From Clostridia bacterium DTU025 (GTDB lineage: Bacteria > Bacillota > DTU025), in assembly GCA_001513145.1 (NCBI GenBank), contig LFSP01000026.1:27509-91508 (forward strand): a stretch of DNA of 64,000 bases, given 5' to 3'. Of the stretch, positions 1-10,504 are shown piece after piece. The notes beneath the pieces were generated by a model. That model was not told where the DNA came from. It did not search any database and was given only the letters and a program-made list of their open reading frames with translations. The first letter of the stretch is position 1; the number at the start of each line of letters is the position of its first letter. Position numbers and translations under genes: made by a program.

Positions 1-2719
1 CAAGTCCCGTGGCGGTATGCCCGTCAGGCGGGATACTGACGTACCTGTGGCGATCCTGGGCGGGGACCCCCAAGTCGCGCCCATCGTGCGCCACAACCAA
101 GTCCGGCGCCGCCACTTCGAACACCAGCAGCTCGTCGCCTCGGGCGGCCGTGCCGGCCCACAGCACCTGCTCGCCGAAGCCCAGGCCAGGCCCTATCCCC
201 AACGCCGTGACGCACCATCCTCCGGTGCCGTCGACGTGAACGATCTCGTCTCCGTTCCAGGCGAACAGCCCGTCCTGCGTGCCGATCCAGAGGATGTCCG
301 CCGATACCGCCAACGCCGTAGCCTTCCTCACCTCCTCTGCGCCTGCCACCAGCCGCCACCGGCCCGAAGCTTCCTTGGCATACACACCTCCGCCAGCCGC
401 TGCGAAGGTGCGCAGGCCCTCGGCGCCCACCTGCTCGACACCTGACACTACGGCAGTCACCTTTCCCTCGAGCTCCCGGCGGAAGACGACGCCGTCAAAG
501 GATGCGAGCCCTTCATCGGTGGCCACCAGCACCGAGCCGCCCAGCGGATCCCAGGCGATATCGAGAACGCGGTCAGACGGCAAGCCGCCGCCAGACGCGC
601 GGTAAACCGTCCAGAACTCGAGATCGTCCACGTGCGACACTGCGACACCGCTGTCTGCGGTGCCGACCCACACGGACCACGGGGTTGCAGCCACCGCCGT
701 CAGCGCGTTGCTGGGCTGGCCGTCTGATGCCAAGATCAGTCTCCAGTTATCCGCAAAGTCAAACGGGCTCTGCCCTGCAGGCCCCGGCCTTGGCCGCACC
801 ACCGACAGGCCACCGTCGGTGGCGAAGAACCAGGCCCGGTCGGAGCACCACACGTCCCGTACCCCCGGCGACGCCAGCCCCGAGCCCAGCCCGTAGCTCC
901 TGAAATCGCCCAGCGCGCCGGCGCCGGCGCTGAACCCGCCGGCATGCCCGAGGATCAAGTGCGTCATGCCGTGCTCGTCCCGGGCCGCGGCAACAGCGGA
1001 CACGGCGTTGGCCGCGTGGGGCTTTGCGTTGTCGTCCAGGGGGAACCGGTCGTGGCTGACGGCAATGTCGCTGGACGCGCTCAGCCTCCCATCGTCGTAG
1101 CGCGCCGCGAGCCCCACCACTGTGTGGGAGTTGGGCATGACGGGCAATGCGTCGGGGCTTGCTATTGACTTCGCATCGTCGGAATAGTGTGCCACTTCCA
1201 ATGTGAACCCCAGCTCGTCGCTGGGCTGCCACCGGGCGGAGCCGCCGACGAAACTCGACTTGTAGGCCGCCTCCGCACCGAACGCGCCCTTCCCGTGCTC
1301 GTAGTCCACCCGCAGAACGTCGTCAGGGCCGATCGGGCGCAGAAGCGCCACCGTTCCGAACCGGTAGTCGATGATGTAGTCGTGGTCGCGGCGGAGAAGC
1401 TCGCCATTGAGATGCACCTTCTCGCTGCCGTACGCCACTGGTCCCCCCAACTGCAAGACGCCCAGCTCCACCCGGTGCCTGTACTCCACCTGCACCGCAT
1501 CGTACGAATCGAAGAAGGGTTCAGGGAAATCGAACTCGATGACGCCTTCGTCATAGAACACCTGGTAGACCAGGGACACCTCGGTCTCAACAGGGAAGAA
1601 CTGCCCTCCCCCGCGCACTTTCACCGTCAGGGAGCCGGGAACCACGTCGGCCTGACCCAGGTGGTAGAACCGCCGTCTCCCGTACGAGCTGGCCGGCGCG
1701 TTCAACACGGCCCCCGGATCGTCGTGGGAGAGCCCGGCCACAACGTTCGCGTGCAGAGTCAGCAGGTCCTCAAGGAAGGCCGCCTCGGTGGGGCTGCCGA
1801 CGATGAAGGGATACCTCTTCGCCTCGGCGCCCGACAGCAGGTTCTCAGAGTTATACCTGGCTATCCAGGCCTGCACGTGGCTGCGGATGATGTCGCGAGC
1901 CTCGGTTCGAAGGGCCAGCACCTCCGCGCCGCCGGACAACGCCACGTACTGCCAGCGGTCCAAGGCCACGCCGTCGCCGGCCGCCACGACGGCTGCGCCG
2001 CCGCCCGTCCCACCGTCATCGCATAGGTAGCCCAGGTTCCACAGGCGCAGGGTCTGCTGGAGCGTGCGCTCGGCGCCTGGCCCGGCGGCATCGACGTAAC
2101 GGATCCACACGCCCATGAAATCGTCGTCCAGACCGTCTGACATGATGAAGTGCTCCATCCCATCGATGGACGCGGCCAGCCCCGCGCCGTCCGCCACCGG
2201 TGCCGGGGCGTAGCCGGCGTCGCGGACGAACGTGATGGTCTCGTGGGCGGTGCTGCCCTGAAAGGTCTTGCTGGCCATGGTGCCCTGCACGCGGCCGAAG
2301 GCCAGCTCAACGTCGAGCCCGGCAAGCTCCGTCTGCACCTCTACCCCCCTCAGTCTCGACGTGTATGAGGCGTACGGGGTGGCCGAGGAGAACGTAACCC
2401 CGCCGAACCGCCCTTTCACCACGTCACCGTCGAGAACCAGCTCCAGCACTTGAAGGTTGCCGTCTTCAAGGTTATCAAGAGTTCCTGAGACGGAGACGTT
2501 CGGGGCAATCTGGCCCCGCACGTCAAGCGACACGTGCTGCCTGAGATCAAGCGCGCCAGCCGCGTCGCCCGCTGCCAGACCAAGCACCAGTTCCACCTGG
2601 CCCGAAACCTCCAGCAGCGGCGCTGGGGGCTGAAACGCCGCCGAACACGCGCAGCCCAGGCCGCCGGCGCTGACAGCCGCCATGATGGCCACAAGCGCCG
2701 CGAGCACCGTGGCGGCCAT
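1..2719 (-). CDS. Large secreted repeat (beta-propeller-like, Reg_prop/Y_Y_Y-type WxGT..G repeats) protein. N-terminus is in the window and the C-terminal part runs off the window start (partial). The start may instead be the GTG or TTG at 2752/2755.
   Basis: A hand translation of the minus strand is continuous from the ATG at 2719 to position 1 with no stop, and there is an in-frame stop at 2759-2761 upstream. The N-terminus MAATVLAALVAIMAAVSAGG looks like a signal peptide. Motifs LWIGTQDGLFAWNG and VWVGTADSGVAVSH recur. It is absent from the ORF track, apparently because the frame is unterminated inside the window. Confidence 0.5.
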   Translation of the reverse strand, partial: MAATVLAALVAIMAAVSAGGLGCACSAAFQPPAPLLEVSGQVELVLGLAAGDAAGALDLRQHVSLDVRGQIAPNVSVSGTLDNLEDGNLQVLELVLDGDVVKGRFGGVTFSSATPYASYTSRLRGVEVQTELAGLDVELAFGRVQGTMASKTFQGSTAHETITFVRDAGYAPAPVADGAGLAASIDGMEHFIMSDGLDDDFMGVWIRYVDAAGPGAERTLQQTLRLWNLGYLCDDGGTGGGAAVVAAGDGVALDRWQYVALSGGAEVLALRTEARDIIRSHVQAWIARYNSENLLSGAEAKRYPFIVGSPTEAAFLEDLLTLHANVVAGLSHDDPGAVLNAPASSYGRRRFYHLGQADVVPGSLTVKVRGGGQFFPVETEVSLVYQVFYDEGVIEFDFPEPFFDSYDAVQVEYRHRVELGVLQLGGPVAYGSEKVHLNGELLRRDHDYIIDYRFGTVALLRPIGPDDVLRVDYEHGKGAFGAEAAYKSSFVGGSARWQPSDELGFTLEVAHYSDDAKSIASPDALPVMPNSHTVVGLAARYDDGRLSASSDIAVSHDRFPLDDNAKPHAANAVSAVAAARDEHGMTHLILGHAGGFSAGAGALGDFRSYGLGSGLASPGVRDVWCSDRAWFFATDGGLSVVRPRPGPAGQSPFDFADNWRLILASDGQPSNALTAVAATPWSVWVGTADSGVAVSHVDDLEFWTVYRASGGGLPSDRVLDIAWDPLGGSVLVATDEGLASFDGVVFRRELEGKVTAVVSGVEQVGAEGLRTFAAAGGGVYAKEASGRWRLVAGAEEVRKATALAVSADILWIGTQDGLFAWNGDEIVHVDGTGGWCVTALGIGPGLGFGEQVLWAGTAARGDELLVFEVAAPDLVVAHDGRDLGVPAQDRHRYVSIPPDGHTATGL

Positions 2720-2922
2720 GGGCCGCAGGTTTCGGTAAGCTCCGATACTCACCAACGCTCACCCCATCTAAGATTACGAAATGTTCTGTATTGTCATTTC
2801 CACATCTGGAGACTGGACCCTTTCCATTAGCTGCAAGCTGGCGGTAATACGCAGCTACAGCCTGCGGCATACTGCTAGACGACACTTCATCTGAAGCAAC
2901 AGACAGACGGACTGGTGATGCC

Positions 2923-4437
2923 ATGCGCAAGCCAGAGAGACTGCGCAGCCAGCCGGTGCGCAGCGTGGACCAGGCGGTGGAGCTTGCCGAGGCTGAACGC
3001 GAGATGAGGTTCAGCCAGCGCGTCGACGCCCTGGCGGAGGCCATGGGGAGCCCGGCGGACCTCAGCGTCCGCAACCTGGCGGACGGCGTGGCGGCGGTGT
3101 ATCTCACCACCATGGTGGACGCTGAGGGGCTCAGGGAGGCTGTGATCAGCCCGCTGAGCGGGGTTCCTGCGCCGCGCCTTGCCCACATAGAGCAGCTGAT
3201 GGAATTCGTGACCGTAGGGGGCATCACGGAGCCGCTGTCGCTGAACGAGGCGGCTGACGGCGTGGCCGAAGGCAAGGTAGCGCTGGTGGTGGAGGACAGG
3301 GTCAATCCGTATCTCATCGATGTGTCGACATATGTGGGCAGGAAGGTGGGCGCCGCGGCGACGGAGCCGGCGGTGCTGGGGCCTCATGACGCCTTCAACG
3401 AGTCGCTGCAGGAGAACATGGCCCTGATCAGGTACCGCATACGCAACCGGAACCTCACGTTCAGGCGGCTGGTGCTGGGCGCCGACACCGGAACGCAGGT
3501 GCTGGTGGTGTACGTCAAGGGAAAGGCCTCCGAGGAGATGGTGGACAAGGTGGTCCGGAGGCTCGAGAGCGCTGACACCCCCGTCGTGCTGGACACGGCG
3601 TTTCTCAGGGAGTACGTCACCGGCCACGTGTGGAGCCCGTTTCCGCTGGCCGCGTCGACGGAGAGGCCCGACAGGGTGTGCGGGGAGATCCTGCAGGGCA
3701 GGGTCGCGATACTCTGCGACAGCTCGCCGTTTGCGCTCATCGTGCCTGCCCAGTTCGTTATGCTGCTCCATGCCAGCGCCGACAGCTACGACCTGCCGTT
3801 ACAGTCGTTGCTGCTCAGGCTGGTGCGGGTGATCGGGTGGCTGGTGGCCACGATGGCGCCTGCCCTGTACATAGTGGTGTCGTCTTTCTCGCCGGGGATA
3901 CTGCCGCCCAACGCCGTCATGAGCATCCAGGCGGCCAGGCAGGGAGTGCCGTATCCGCCCATCATCGAGGTGCTCATAATGGACCTTGCCCTGGAGCTCT
4001 TGGCTGAGGCCAGCGTGAGGCTGCCGGCGAACGTGGGCGGTGCGGCGACGGTGGTCGGCGGCCTGATCCTGGGCACGGCAGCGTCGGAGGCGAGGCTGGT
4101 GAGCAACGTGATGATCATCGTGGTTGCCGCCACCGCCATAGGCACCTTCGCCCTGCCCGGCTACCAGAACCAGATGTCGTGGCGGCTGACGAAGTACCTG
4201 TTCACTGCCGCAGCGGCTCTGCTTGGCCTCACGGGACTGGTCAGCGCATTGCTGCTGGTGGCCATATACCTGTGCAGCATCGACGTGCTCGACACCCCTT
4301 ACATGTCCCCGCTGGCCCCGTGGAGGTGGACCGCGCTGGCCAAGGACACGCTGGTGCGCCTGCCGCAGCCGTGGACAGTCAGGCTCGAGAGGCGACAGCG
4401 CCAGGAGGAGGCGAAGGCCAAACGCAATGCGGGATAA
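2923..4437 (+). CDS. Spore germination protein, GerA family A subunit (GerAA/GerKA-like)
   Basis: 504 aa. Typical GerA core is present (SPFALIVPAQFVMLL, PPIIEVLIMDLALELL), with C-terminal membrane helices. It is the first gene of an A-B-C operon. Confidence 0.85.
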   Translation: MRKPERLRSQPVRSVDQAVELAEAEREMRFSQRVDALAEAMGSPADLSVRNLADGVAAVYLTTMVDAEGLREAVISPLSGVPAPRLAHIEQLMEFVTVGGITEPLSLNEAADGVAEGKVALVVEDRVNPYLIDVSTYVGRKVGAAATEPAVLGPHDAFNESLQENMALIRYRIRNRNLTFRRLVLGADTGTQVLVVYVKGKASEEMVDKVVRRLESADTPVVLDTAFLREYVTGHVWSPFPLAASTERPDRVCGEILQGRVAILCDSSPFALIVPAQFVMLLHASADSYDLPLQSLLLRLVRVIGWLVATMAPALYIVVSSFSPGILPPNAVMSIQAARQGVPYPPIIEVLIMDLALELLAEASVRLPANVGGAATVVGGLILGTAASEARLVSNVMIIVVAATAIGTFALPGYQNQMSWRLTKYLFTAAAALLGLTGLVSALLLVAIYLCSIDVLDTPYMSPLAPWRWTALAKDTLVRLPQPWTVRLERRQRQEEAKAKRNAG

Positions 4438-5563
4438 GTACTTGAGCTGGCCGGAAGCGGCCTGGCACATTATGCAGGTGACCGTATGTGCCAACTATCT
4501 GTTCATGCCGCAGATACTGTACCAGATGGCCGGCCGGTCCTCCTGGGTGCTGGTTTTCGTCGCCGCGTTGTCAGCGTTTCCGGGGGCGTGGGCCACTTAC
4601 GCTCTATACGCCAGGTTTCCAACCAAACGGTTGGGCGAGTACCTACCCGAGGTCGTGGGGCGCCCAATGGCCATCGTGATAGCGCTTTTCTTCGCGTCTT
4701 ACTGGTTCGGAGGCGCCCTCATCGATATCGTCGTGTTCGCGCATTACGTGTCGACCACGTTGATGCACGCCACGCCCATGCAGGTGCTGGTTGGAGTTAA
4801 CGTACTGCTGGTGCTGACGGTGGGGCTTCTGGGCATAAAGACCCTGGTGCGGGTGGTGGATCTGCTCCTTTACCCCATTGTGCCCTTCGCGCTGTTCGTC
4901 TGGATATGGCCGCTGTTCCCCGGTGAACTGGACTTCTCGAACCTGTTCCCCGTGCGGTGGTCTGATTTCACTGAACACGCGTTCCCGCTGGGTATGGGGC
5001 TGATCGGGATGTACCACGGCTACCACGGGCTGATGCTGACAGGCCCCGCGCTCAAGGGAGGACCGAAGGCTGCGGCGAAGGCGATGGTCCTTGGGACCCT
5101 TGCGGCAACTGCCGCGATGTTCGCTTTCATCGCCTACCCGCTTGCCGTGTTCGGATGGCCCGCCGTCACCCTGTTCTCTTACCCCGGCGCGTCGTTCATC
5201 GAGGCGACCGCCCCGCCCACCGGCAACTTCCCCGTGCGCCGGCTGGACCTCCTCACCACCGTGTTCTTCCGGTTCGTGATGATGATTGCAGCCGTTACCT
5301 ACTTCTCCCTGTGCGTGCATGCCATCGCCGACACGACGGAAGCGCTGTGGCCCTCAGCAGGAAGCCGGGCGAGGGGATTCATAGCAGTCCTCGCCGCCGT
5401 GGCGATACAGGCGGTCTCCTATGTGTTCAGAGGGCTCTCGGCAGTTCTCGAGCTGGTGAAGATCTGGATGCCGCTGAGCACGGTTGCGGTGCTGCTCACG
5501 GCGGCACTGGCTCTGGCGGCCCGCTTCCGCGGTGTGAAGGAGGGCGCTGGCAATGGCGAGTAG
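4427..5563 (+). CDS. Spore germination protein, GerAB family (APC-superfamily permease subunit)
   Basis: Polytopic membrane protein directly after the GerA-family gene. The likely start is the ATG at 4427 (MRDKYLSW...), overlapping the gerA stop by 11 bp. The longer ORF 4223..5563 in the track is an overlap artifact. Confidence 0.8.
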   Translation: MRDKYLSWPEAAWHIMQVTVCANYLFMPQILYQMAGRSSWVLVFVAALSAFPGAWATYALYARFPTKRLGEYLPEVVGRPMAIVIALFFASYWFGGALIDIVVFAHYVSTTLMHATPMQVLVGVNVLLVLTVGLLGIKTLVRVVDLLLYPIVPFALFVWIWPLFPGELDFSNLFPVRWSDFTEHAFPLGMGLIGMYHGYHGLMLTGPALKGGPKAAAKAMVLGTLAATAAMFAFIAYPLAVFGWPAVTLFSYPGASFIEATAPPTGNFPVRRLDLLTTVFFRFVMMIAAVTYFSLCVHAIADTTEALWPSAGSRARGFIAVLAAVAIQAVSYVFRGLSAVLELVKIWMPLSTVAVLLTAALALAARFRGVKEGAGNGE

Positions 5564-6767
5564 GGCGGCGGTGTGGCTGGGGGCGTCCGTGCGGTTTACG
5601 AAGCTAGGCAGGGCTAAGGCTAGGGCTAGGGCTGCGGGCGCGTTTGCCCTGGCTGCGGCTTTAGCTTTCATATGCTCCGGCTGCTGGGACGCCATCGACA
5701 TCGACAGCCGCCAGTTCTTCTCAGTGGTCGGGCTCGATCCGCCCTCCGGCGGCGACCCGGACGGGGTAGCCCTCTCCATGCTGGCATCAATTCCCACACT
5801 TGGGCAACCTAGCCCGGGTTCTAGCGTTGGCGGCGGCGAGCCTCGCCCGCCCAGGGTGTTGATGGAGGAGGGCAGGTTCATAGAGGAGGCCACCGCGATC
5901 CTTCGTGGCCGGATGGAGGGGGTGATGGACTTGTCCACCATGGCCTACATAGCCGTCGGCCCCGGCCTCAGTCCCGAGGCGACTATGGGGGCCCTGACAA
6001 CCGGCGCGTTCACTCAGTTTGGGCCCCTGACCCCCAGGGTGTTTGCCACCGAGAATCAAGCCTTCGAGCTTCTCAGCGCCCCTCTGAAAGGAGACAAGAC
6101 TCTGCATGACTTCATCAACAGCATCCGCGCCCAAAGCAGGCTCGGCGCCGGGTACGCGCACCACATGCCGGAGCTGTGGAAAGCGCTGGTCACCCTGATC
6201 AACCGGTCAGGCGACATGCTCCTGCCCATCATCAACCTGACCCCAGAGAAGGATGGCATAGAGGTGGCCGGCGCCGCAGTGTACGACGGTGCAAAGCGGG
6301 TCGGAAAGCTCAACTCCGAAGAGTCGATGCTGGCCTTCTTCGTGTCAGAACGCGTGACCCAGGGAGGTACCATGATCTTTGACTTTGAAGGCCGCCAGCT
6401 GATGGTGCGCATATCATCTGTAAGGACCAAAGTCAGAGCCAAGCGGGGCGCGCAGGGCATGCCGGAGTTCACCGCCGACATGGTGGTGAGGGGCTCACTA
6501 CTGGACTCAGGAGACTACCGCGTGCCACTGGTGGAACGCGGCCTCATCACCCGCGTCCAGACCGCCCTGGAGGAGGAAATGGTCCGCAAGCTCGAGGCCC
6601 TGCTGGCTAAGCTCCGGGGCCTCAACTCCGATGCGTTCAGGCTGTACCAGGCTGTGCGCACCGCTATGCCGGACCTGTCCCGCGAGGAGTTCAAGGAAAT
6701 GTATCCGTCGGTCAAGATGGAGTTCAAGGTGAAGGTGGGCCTTGTGCGGGCCGGGATCCTGCGGTAA
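5553..6767 (+). CDS. Spore germination protein, GerAC family lipoprotein
   Basis: 404 aa. Signal peptide plus lipobox-like AFICSGCWD, a GerC hallmark. Third gene of the A-B-C operon. Confidence 0.8.
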   Translation: MASRAAVWLGASVRFTKLGRAKARARAAGAFALAAALAFICSGCWDAIDIDSRQFFSVVGLDPPSGGDPDGVALSMLASIPTLGQPSPGSSVGGGEPRPPRVLMEEGRFIEEATAILRGRMEGVMDLSTMAYIAVGPGLSPEATMGALTTGAFTQFGPLTPRVFATENQAFELLSAPLKGDKTLHDFINSIRAQSRLGAGYAHHMPELWKALVTLINRSGDMLLPIINLTPEKDGIEVAGAAVYDGAKRVGKLNSEESMLAFFVSERVTQGGTMIFDFEGRQLMVRISSVRTKVRAKRGAQGMPEFTADMVVRGSLLDSGDYRVPLVERGLITRVQTALEEEMVRKLEALLAKLRGLNSDAFRLYQAVRTAMPDLSREEFKEMYPSVKMEFKVKVGLVRAGILR

Positions 6768-6818
6768 CGCAGGTGGCAGGCTGGCCCCGGGCAGCGCTCA
6801 AATGCCTCTTGCGCAACG

Positions 6819-6847
6819 TTGTGACATATGGTAAGCTACGCATAATT
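6819..6847 (+). promoter_or_regulatory. Putative sigma-A promoter for lysA (TTGTGA-N16/17-CATAAT)
   Basis: A -35/-10 pair lies about 95 nt upstream of the lysA GTG start in the intergenic gap after gerC. Confidence 0.35.
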
Positions 6848-6939
6848 TATCAGATCGGAGTGATGGTCACAGTGGGGAAGGTCAGGTAGCAAGGACGACG
6901 TATCTATCGAATATTCACACCAATTCCCGGGGGCACCTG

Positions 6940-8244
6940 GTGATCGGCGGATGTGACGCCGTTGCCCTCGCCCAGCGTTTCGGCACTCCATTGTACGTGG
7001 TCGATGAGGCCCGTATCAGACGCGCATGCCGCGAGTATGTGCAGAGCTTCGCTCAGTACTACCCGAAAACCCGCATCATCTATGCAGGCAAGGCCTTCAT
7101 GAACACGGCCATAGTCCTACTCGTGATGGACGAAGGGCTGTCTATCGACGTGTGCTCCGGCGGCGAGCTGCACACTGCCCTGGCGGCAGGCTGCCCCGGC
7201 GACGAGATCTTCTTCCACGGCAACAGCAAGACTCCATCAGAGGTGGAGCTGGGGCTGGATGCCGGTGTGCACCGGTTCGTCGCAGACAGCCTGGACGAGC
7301 TCAGACTCATCGACGCCATCGCGCGTTCACGCGGGCAGGTAGCCAACGTCATGCTGCGCGTGACGCCCGGCATCGAGGCCCACACGCACGACTACATCCG
7401 CACCGGGCAGATCGACTCCAAGTTCGGAATCGTGATACCCAACGGCGACGCCATGCGCGCCGTGGCCTTCGCCCAGAACCTGAGCAACGTGCGTCTGACA
7501 GGCTTGCACTGCCACATCGGGTCTCAGGTGTTCGACGTCGAGCCCTTCGTGGACGCGGTGAGCATAATGATGGACTTCGCCCGCGAGGCCCGGGACCAAA
7601 CCGGCTTCGTCATCGAGGAGCTCAACCTCGGGGGCGGGTTGGGCATAGCCTACAACCCCTCCGACGAGCCCATCAGCGTACAGGAGCTGGCTGCCGCCGT
7701 CGGACCTGCACTGAAGGGGGCCGCCATCAGGTGCGGCATGCCCCAGCCCGTTCTCATGCTTGAGCCAGGCCGCTCCATCGTGGGGGACGCTGGCACCACG
7801 CTCTACACCGTCAACGTGGTGAAGCACATCGAAGGGGTCAGAACCTACGTGGCAGTTGACGGGGGCATGGCAGACAACCCCAGGGTGGCGTTATACCAGG
7901 CCAGGTACGATGCCGTGCTGGCGAACAAGATGAACGAACCGTTGGGTGAGACGGTGTCGATAGCCGGCAACTGCTGCGAGTCAGGCGACATGCTGATCTG
8001 GGACATCACGCTCCCCCGGGTGGATGTTGGCGACATCGTGGCTGTATTCTGCACCGGCGCCTACAACTTCTCCATGGCCAGCAACTACAATCGCCACCCG
8101 CGCCCAGCTGCGGTGCTGGTGGCCAACGGCCAGGCGGAGCTCATCGCCAAGCGCGAAACCTACGCCGACATGTGCAGGCTCGACGTGGTGCCTCCCAGGC
8201 TCCTCAGGGCCTGTGGCCATGTGGCCGTCGGCGACAACGCATAG
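6940..8244 (+). CDS. lysA: Diaminopimelate decarboxylase
   Basis: 434 aa, GTG start. PLP fold III motifs are present (GGGLGIAY, EPGRSIVG, CESGD). Confidence 0.9.
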   Translation: MIGGCDAVALAQRFGTPLYVVDEARIRRACREYVQSFAQYYPKTRIIYAGKAFMNTAIVLLVMDEGLSIDVCSGGELHTALAAGCPGDEIFFHGNSKTPSEVELGLDAGVHRFVADSLDELRLIDAIARSRGQVANVMLRVTPGIEAHTHDYIRTGQIDSKFGIVIPNGDAMRAVAFAQNLSNVRLTGLHCHIGSQVFDVEPFVDAVSIMMDFAREARDQTGFVIEELNLGGGLGIAYNPSDEPISVQELAAAVGPALKGAAIRCGMPQPVLMLEPGRSIVGDAGTTLYTVNVVKHIEGVRTYVAVDGGMADNPRVALYQARYDAVLANKMNEPLGETVSIAGNCCESGDMLIWDITLPRVDVGDIVAVFCTGAYNFSMASNYNRHPRPAAVLVANGQAELIAKRETYADMCRLDVVPPRLLRACGHVAVGDNA

Positions 8245-8284
8245 AGCACATAGCATCTAGGGCATCAGAGCATGAGCGACCCAC

Positions 8285-9718
8285 GTGTGGGTCGGCTTGG
8301 GCAGCGATGGCGGTGGTCGGTCCAACGCCCATCACAGGAGCATGGAGTGTATCAGGCACCCGTTACCCGGCGAACGTTCCCTCCCTACGCTTGTTCGAGT
8401 ACCATGGCTTGCATGGCTCGAAAAGCGAAGGGAGGGAACTCTCATCAGAGCTGTTGTTCGTGCCGACGCTAGCTGGCTGGTGCGCACAGGAACGTACGTT
8501 GCGGCGCTGACGGGGCTGCTGTGGGCCGGCCTCACGAACTATCTCTTCTTCCACGCGGCCGTGGAGGGCTTCTCCGTGGTGGTGGCGGCCCTCGTCTACG
8601 TGCTGGCATCGTGCACCTACCGCTACACCAACGATGACTTGCTCCTGTTTATCGGACAAGCGCATGTGGTCATTGCCGCCCTGGACTTTCTGCATCTACT
8701 GTCTTACCAGGGCATGGAAGTGCTCGCGGCCTCATGCCCCAACACCTCGGCGCAGCTGTGGATCGTCGGGCGCTATCTCTCGGGCCTTGCGTTCCTGGCG
8801 CTGCCCTTCTTCATCAATCGCAGGATACCGCATCCGCTGATCCTGGCTGGGTTAGTGGCACTGGCATCGCTCTTCCTGTGGGCGATCTTCGTGGGGAAGA
8901 TATTCCCTAGCTGCTTCGCCCCACCGGTCGGCACGACCCGCTTCAGGATCCTGAGCGAGCTCGCCATCATTGCCATGGTGGCCACCGGCGCCGTCCTGCT
9001 TCGGGCCAGGCGAGCTCAGGTGGACGCCGCTCTCTACAGGTCGCTCATGGTGGCGGCTGCCTGCATCGTCGGCTCAGAGCTCTGCTTCACCGCGCGTTAC
9101 GACGCCCATGGGGTCGTCAACATCGTCGGCCACATCCTGAAGCTGGCAGCATACAACGCCCTGCTGCAGGGGGTGGTCATGAAGGGCCTCAAGCAGCCGT
9201 TCGACTCCATCTTCGCCAAGCTACAAGCCAGCGCCGTCCGCGACCCCCTGACGGGGGTGTACAACAGGCACGGCTTCCGCCTGGCGGCGCAGCATGAGAT
9301 GAACGCCGCCTCTCAGCGTGGAAGCGGCGTCGCGACTCTCATGGCTGATCTCGACAACTTCAAGCGGGTGAACGACACCTTCGGCCACCAGGCCGGGGAC
9401 GAAGTGCTCAAGCAGTTCGCGTCAATACTCACGGCGTCCGTGAAGCCCACCGATACCGTGGCCCGTCTGGGAGGAGATGAGTTCGTGGTGCTGCTTCCCG
9501 GCGCCGGACTGGACGAGGCGCAAGCTGTCGCCGACAGGATAAAGCGTTCCACGAGGGCCTGGATCCAGTCTGCGCGCATCGCGGCGGGCATCGATGTGAG
9601 TGTAGGTGTGGTGGTCTGGTCTCCAAGTATGCGAGCTGACATAGACGCCCTCGTGCACGAGGCTGATGAAGCGATGTACGCGGAGAAAGAGGCGAAGCGC
9701 GGCGGCCGCAAGCGGTGA
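8285..9718 (+). CDS. Diguanylate cyclase (GGDEF) with N-terminal polytopic membrane sensor domain (MASE-like). The true start is probably 50-150 bp downstream of 8285.
   Basis: C-terminal GGDEF domain (DPLTGVYNRHGF, RLGGDEFVV). About 7 hydrophobic helices at the N-terminus. Confidence 0.75.
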   Translation: MWVGLGSDGGGRSNAHHRSMECIRHPLPGERSLPTLVRVPWLAWLEKRREGTLIRAVVRADASWLVRTGTYVAALTGLLWAGLTNYLFFHAAVEGFSVVVAALVYVLASCTYRYTNDDLLLFIGQAHVVIAALDFLHLLSYQGMEVLAASCPNTSAQLWIVGRYLSGLAFLALPFFINRRIPHPLILAGLVALASLFLWAIFVGKIFPSCFAPPVGTTRFRILSELAIIAMVATGAVLLRARRAQVDAALYRSLMVAAACIVGSELCFTARYDAHGVVNIVGHILKLAAYNALLQGVVMKGLKQPFDSIFAKLQASAVRDPLTGVYNRHGFRLAAQHEMNAASQRGSGVATLMADLDNFKRVNDTFGHQAGDEVLKQFASILTASVKPTDTVARLGGDEFVVLLPGAGLDEAQAVADRIKRSTRAWIQSARIAAGIDVSVGVVVWSPSMRADIDALVHEADEAMYAEKEAKRGGRKR

Positions 9719-9784
9719 TCGCGCCGCTTGGCCGCGTGTCGTCGCCTCTCCTTGCTCGCCTTATCGCACCTGGGCGTGGGCGCT

Positions 9785-10504
9785 CTATCCTGCACCCACC
9801 CTGGCGCCGAGGTAGGCCCTCTGCACCGCCGGATTGCCCAGAAGCTTCTGTCCGGGGCCCTCCATGGTGATCCTGCCGTTTTCCAGCACGTAGCCATAGT
9901 CGGCGATGCTCAGGGCGCCGAAGGCGTTCTGCTCGATCAGCAGGATGGTGGTGCCTTCCTCGCGTATGGTCTTGATGATCTCGAAGATCTCCTGGGTCAG
10001 CACAGGCGCCAGACCCAGCGATGGTTCGTCCAGCATCAGCAGCTTGGGCCGGGACATCAGGGCCCTGCCCACCGCTAGCATCTGCTGCTCGCCGCCTGAC
10101 AGCGTGCCACCTGGCTGGCTTATCCTCTCCTTCAGCCTGGGGAACAGACGGAACACCCGCTCCTCATCCTGCGCAACGGCGGCTTTGTCGGTGCGGCTGT
10201 AGGAGCCCAGTGCCAGGTTCTCCCTGACCGTCAGGTTAGGGAAGATCTTGCGGCCCTCCGGCGCCATGGTGAGGCCCAGCTTGACGATGTCGTGGGTGCG
10301 CATCCCGGAGATCTCCTTGCCCATGAACACGATGGAGCCCGTGCGCTGAGGCACCAGCCCCGCTATGGCCCTCAGGATGGTGCTCTTTCCGGCGCCGTTA
10401 GCGCCTATCAGCGTGACGATGCCGCCTGGGGCCACGCGCATGCTCACGCCCTTCGCCGCGTGGATGCCGCCGTATCGGACGTGTACATCAGTTAGCTGCA
10501 ACAT
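9785..10504 (-). CDS. livF: Branched-chain amino acid ABC transporter ATP-binding protein LivF
   Basis: 239 aa. Walker A GANGAGKST, signature LSGGEQQ. Last gene of the minus-strand liv operon. Confidence 0.85.
   Translation of the reverse strand: MLQLTDVHVRYGGIHAAKGVSMRVAPGGIVTLIGANGAGKSTILRAIAGLVPQRTGSIVFMGKEISGMRTHDIVKLGLTMAPEGRKIFPNLTVRENLALGSYSRTDKAAVAQDEERVFRLFPRLKERISQPGGTLSGGEQQMLAVGRALMSRPKLLMLDEPSLGLAPVLTQEIFEIIKTIREEGTTILLIEQNAFGALSIADYGYVLENGRITMEGPGQKLLGNPAVQRAYLGARVGAG

Noticed and set aside
1187-2026. Long plus-strand ORFs antisense to real genes (for example 1187..2026 +, 13280..14488 +, 19382..20548 +, 58962..60074 +, 63047..63916 +, 60539..61621 +)
   Set aside because: They are typical high-GC antisense artefacts. 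They are Arg/Ala/Pro-rich, lack recognisable domains, and overlap well-supported genes on the other strand.
6768-6939. Lysine (L-box) riboswitch upstream of lysA
   Set aside because: Only about 95 nt separates the putative promoter from the GTG start, which is too short for the ~180-nt aptamer. No GAGGCGC/L-box core motifs were seen.
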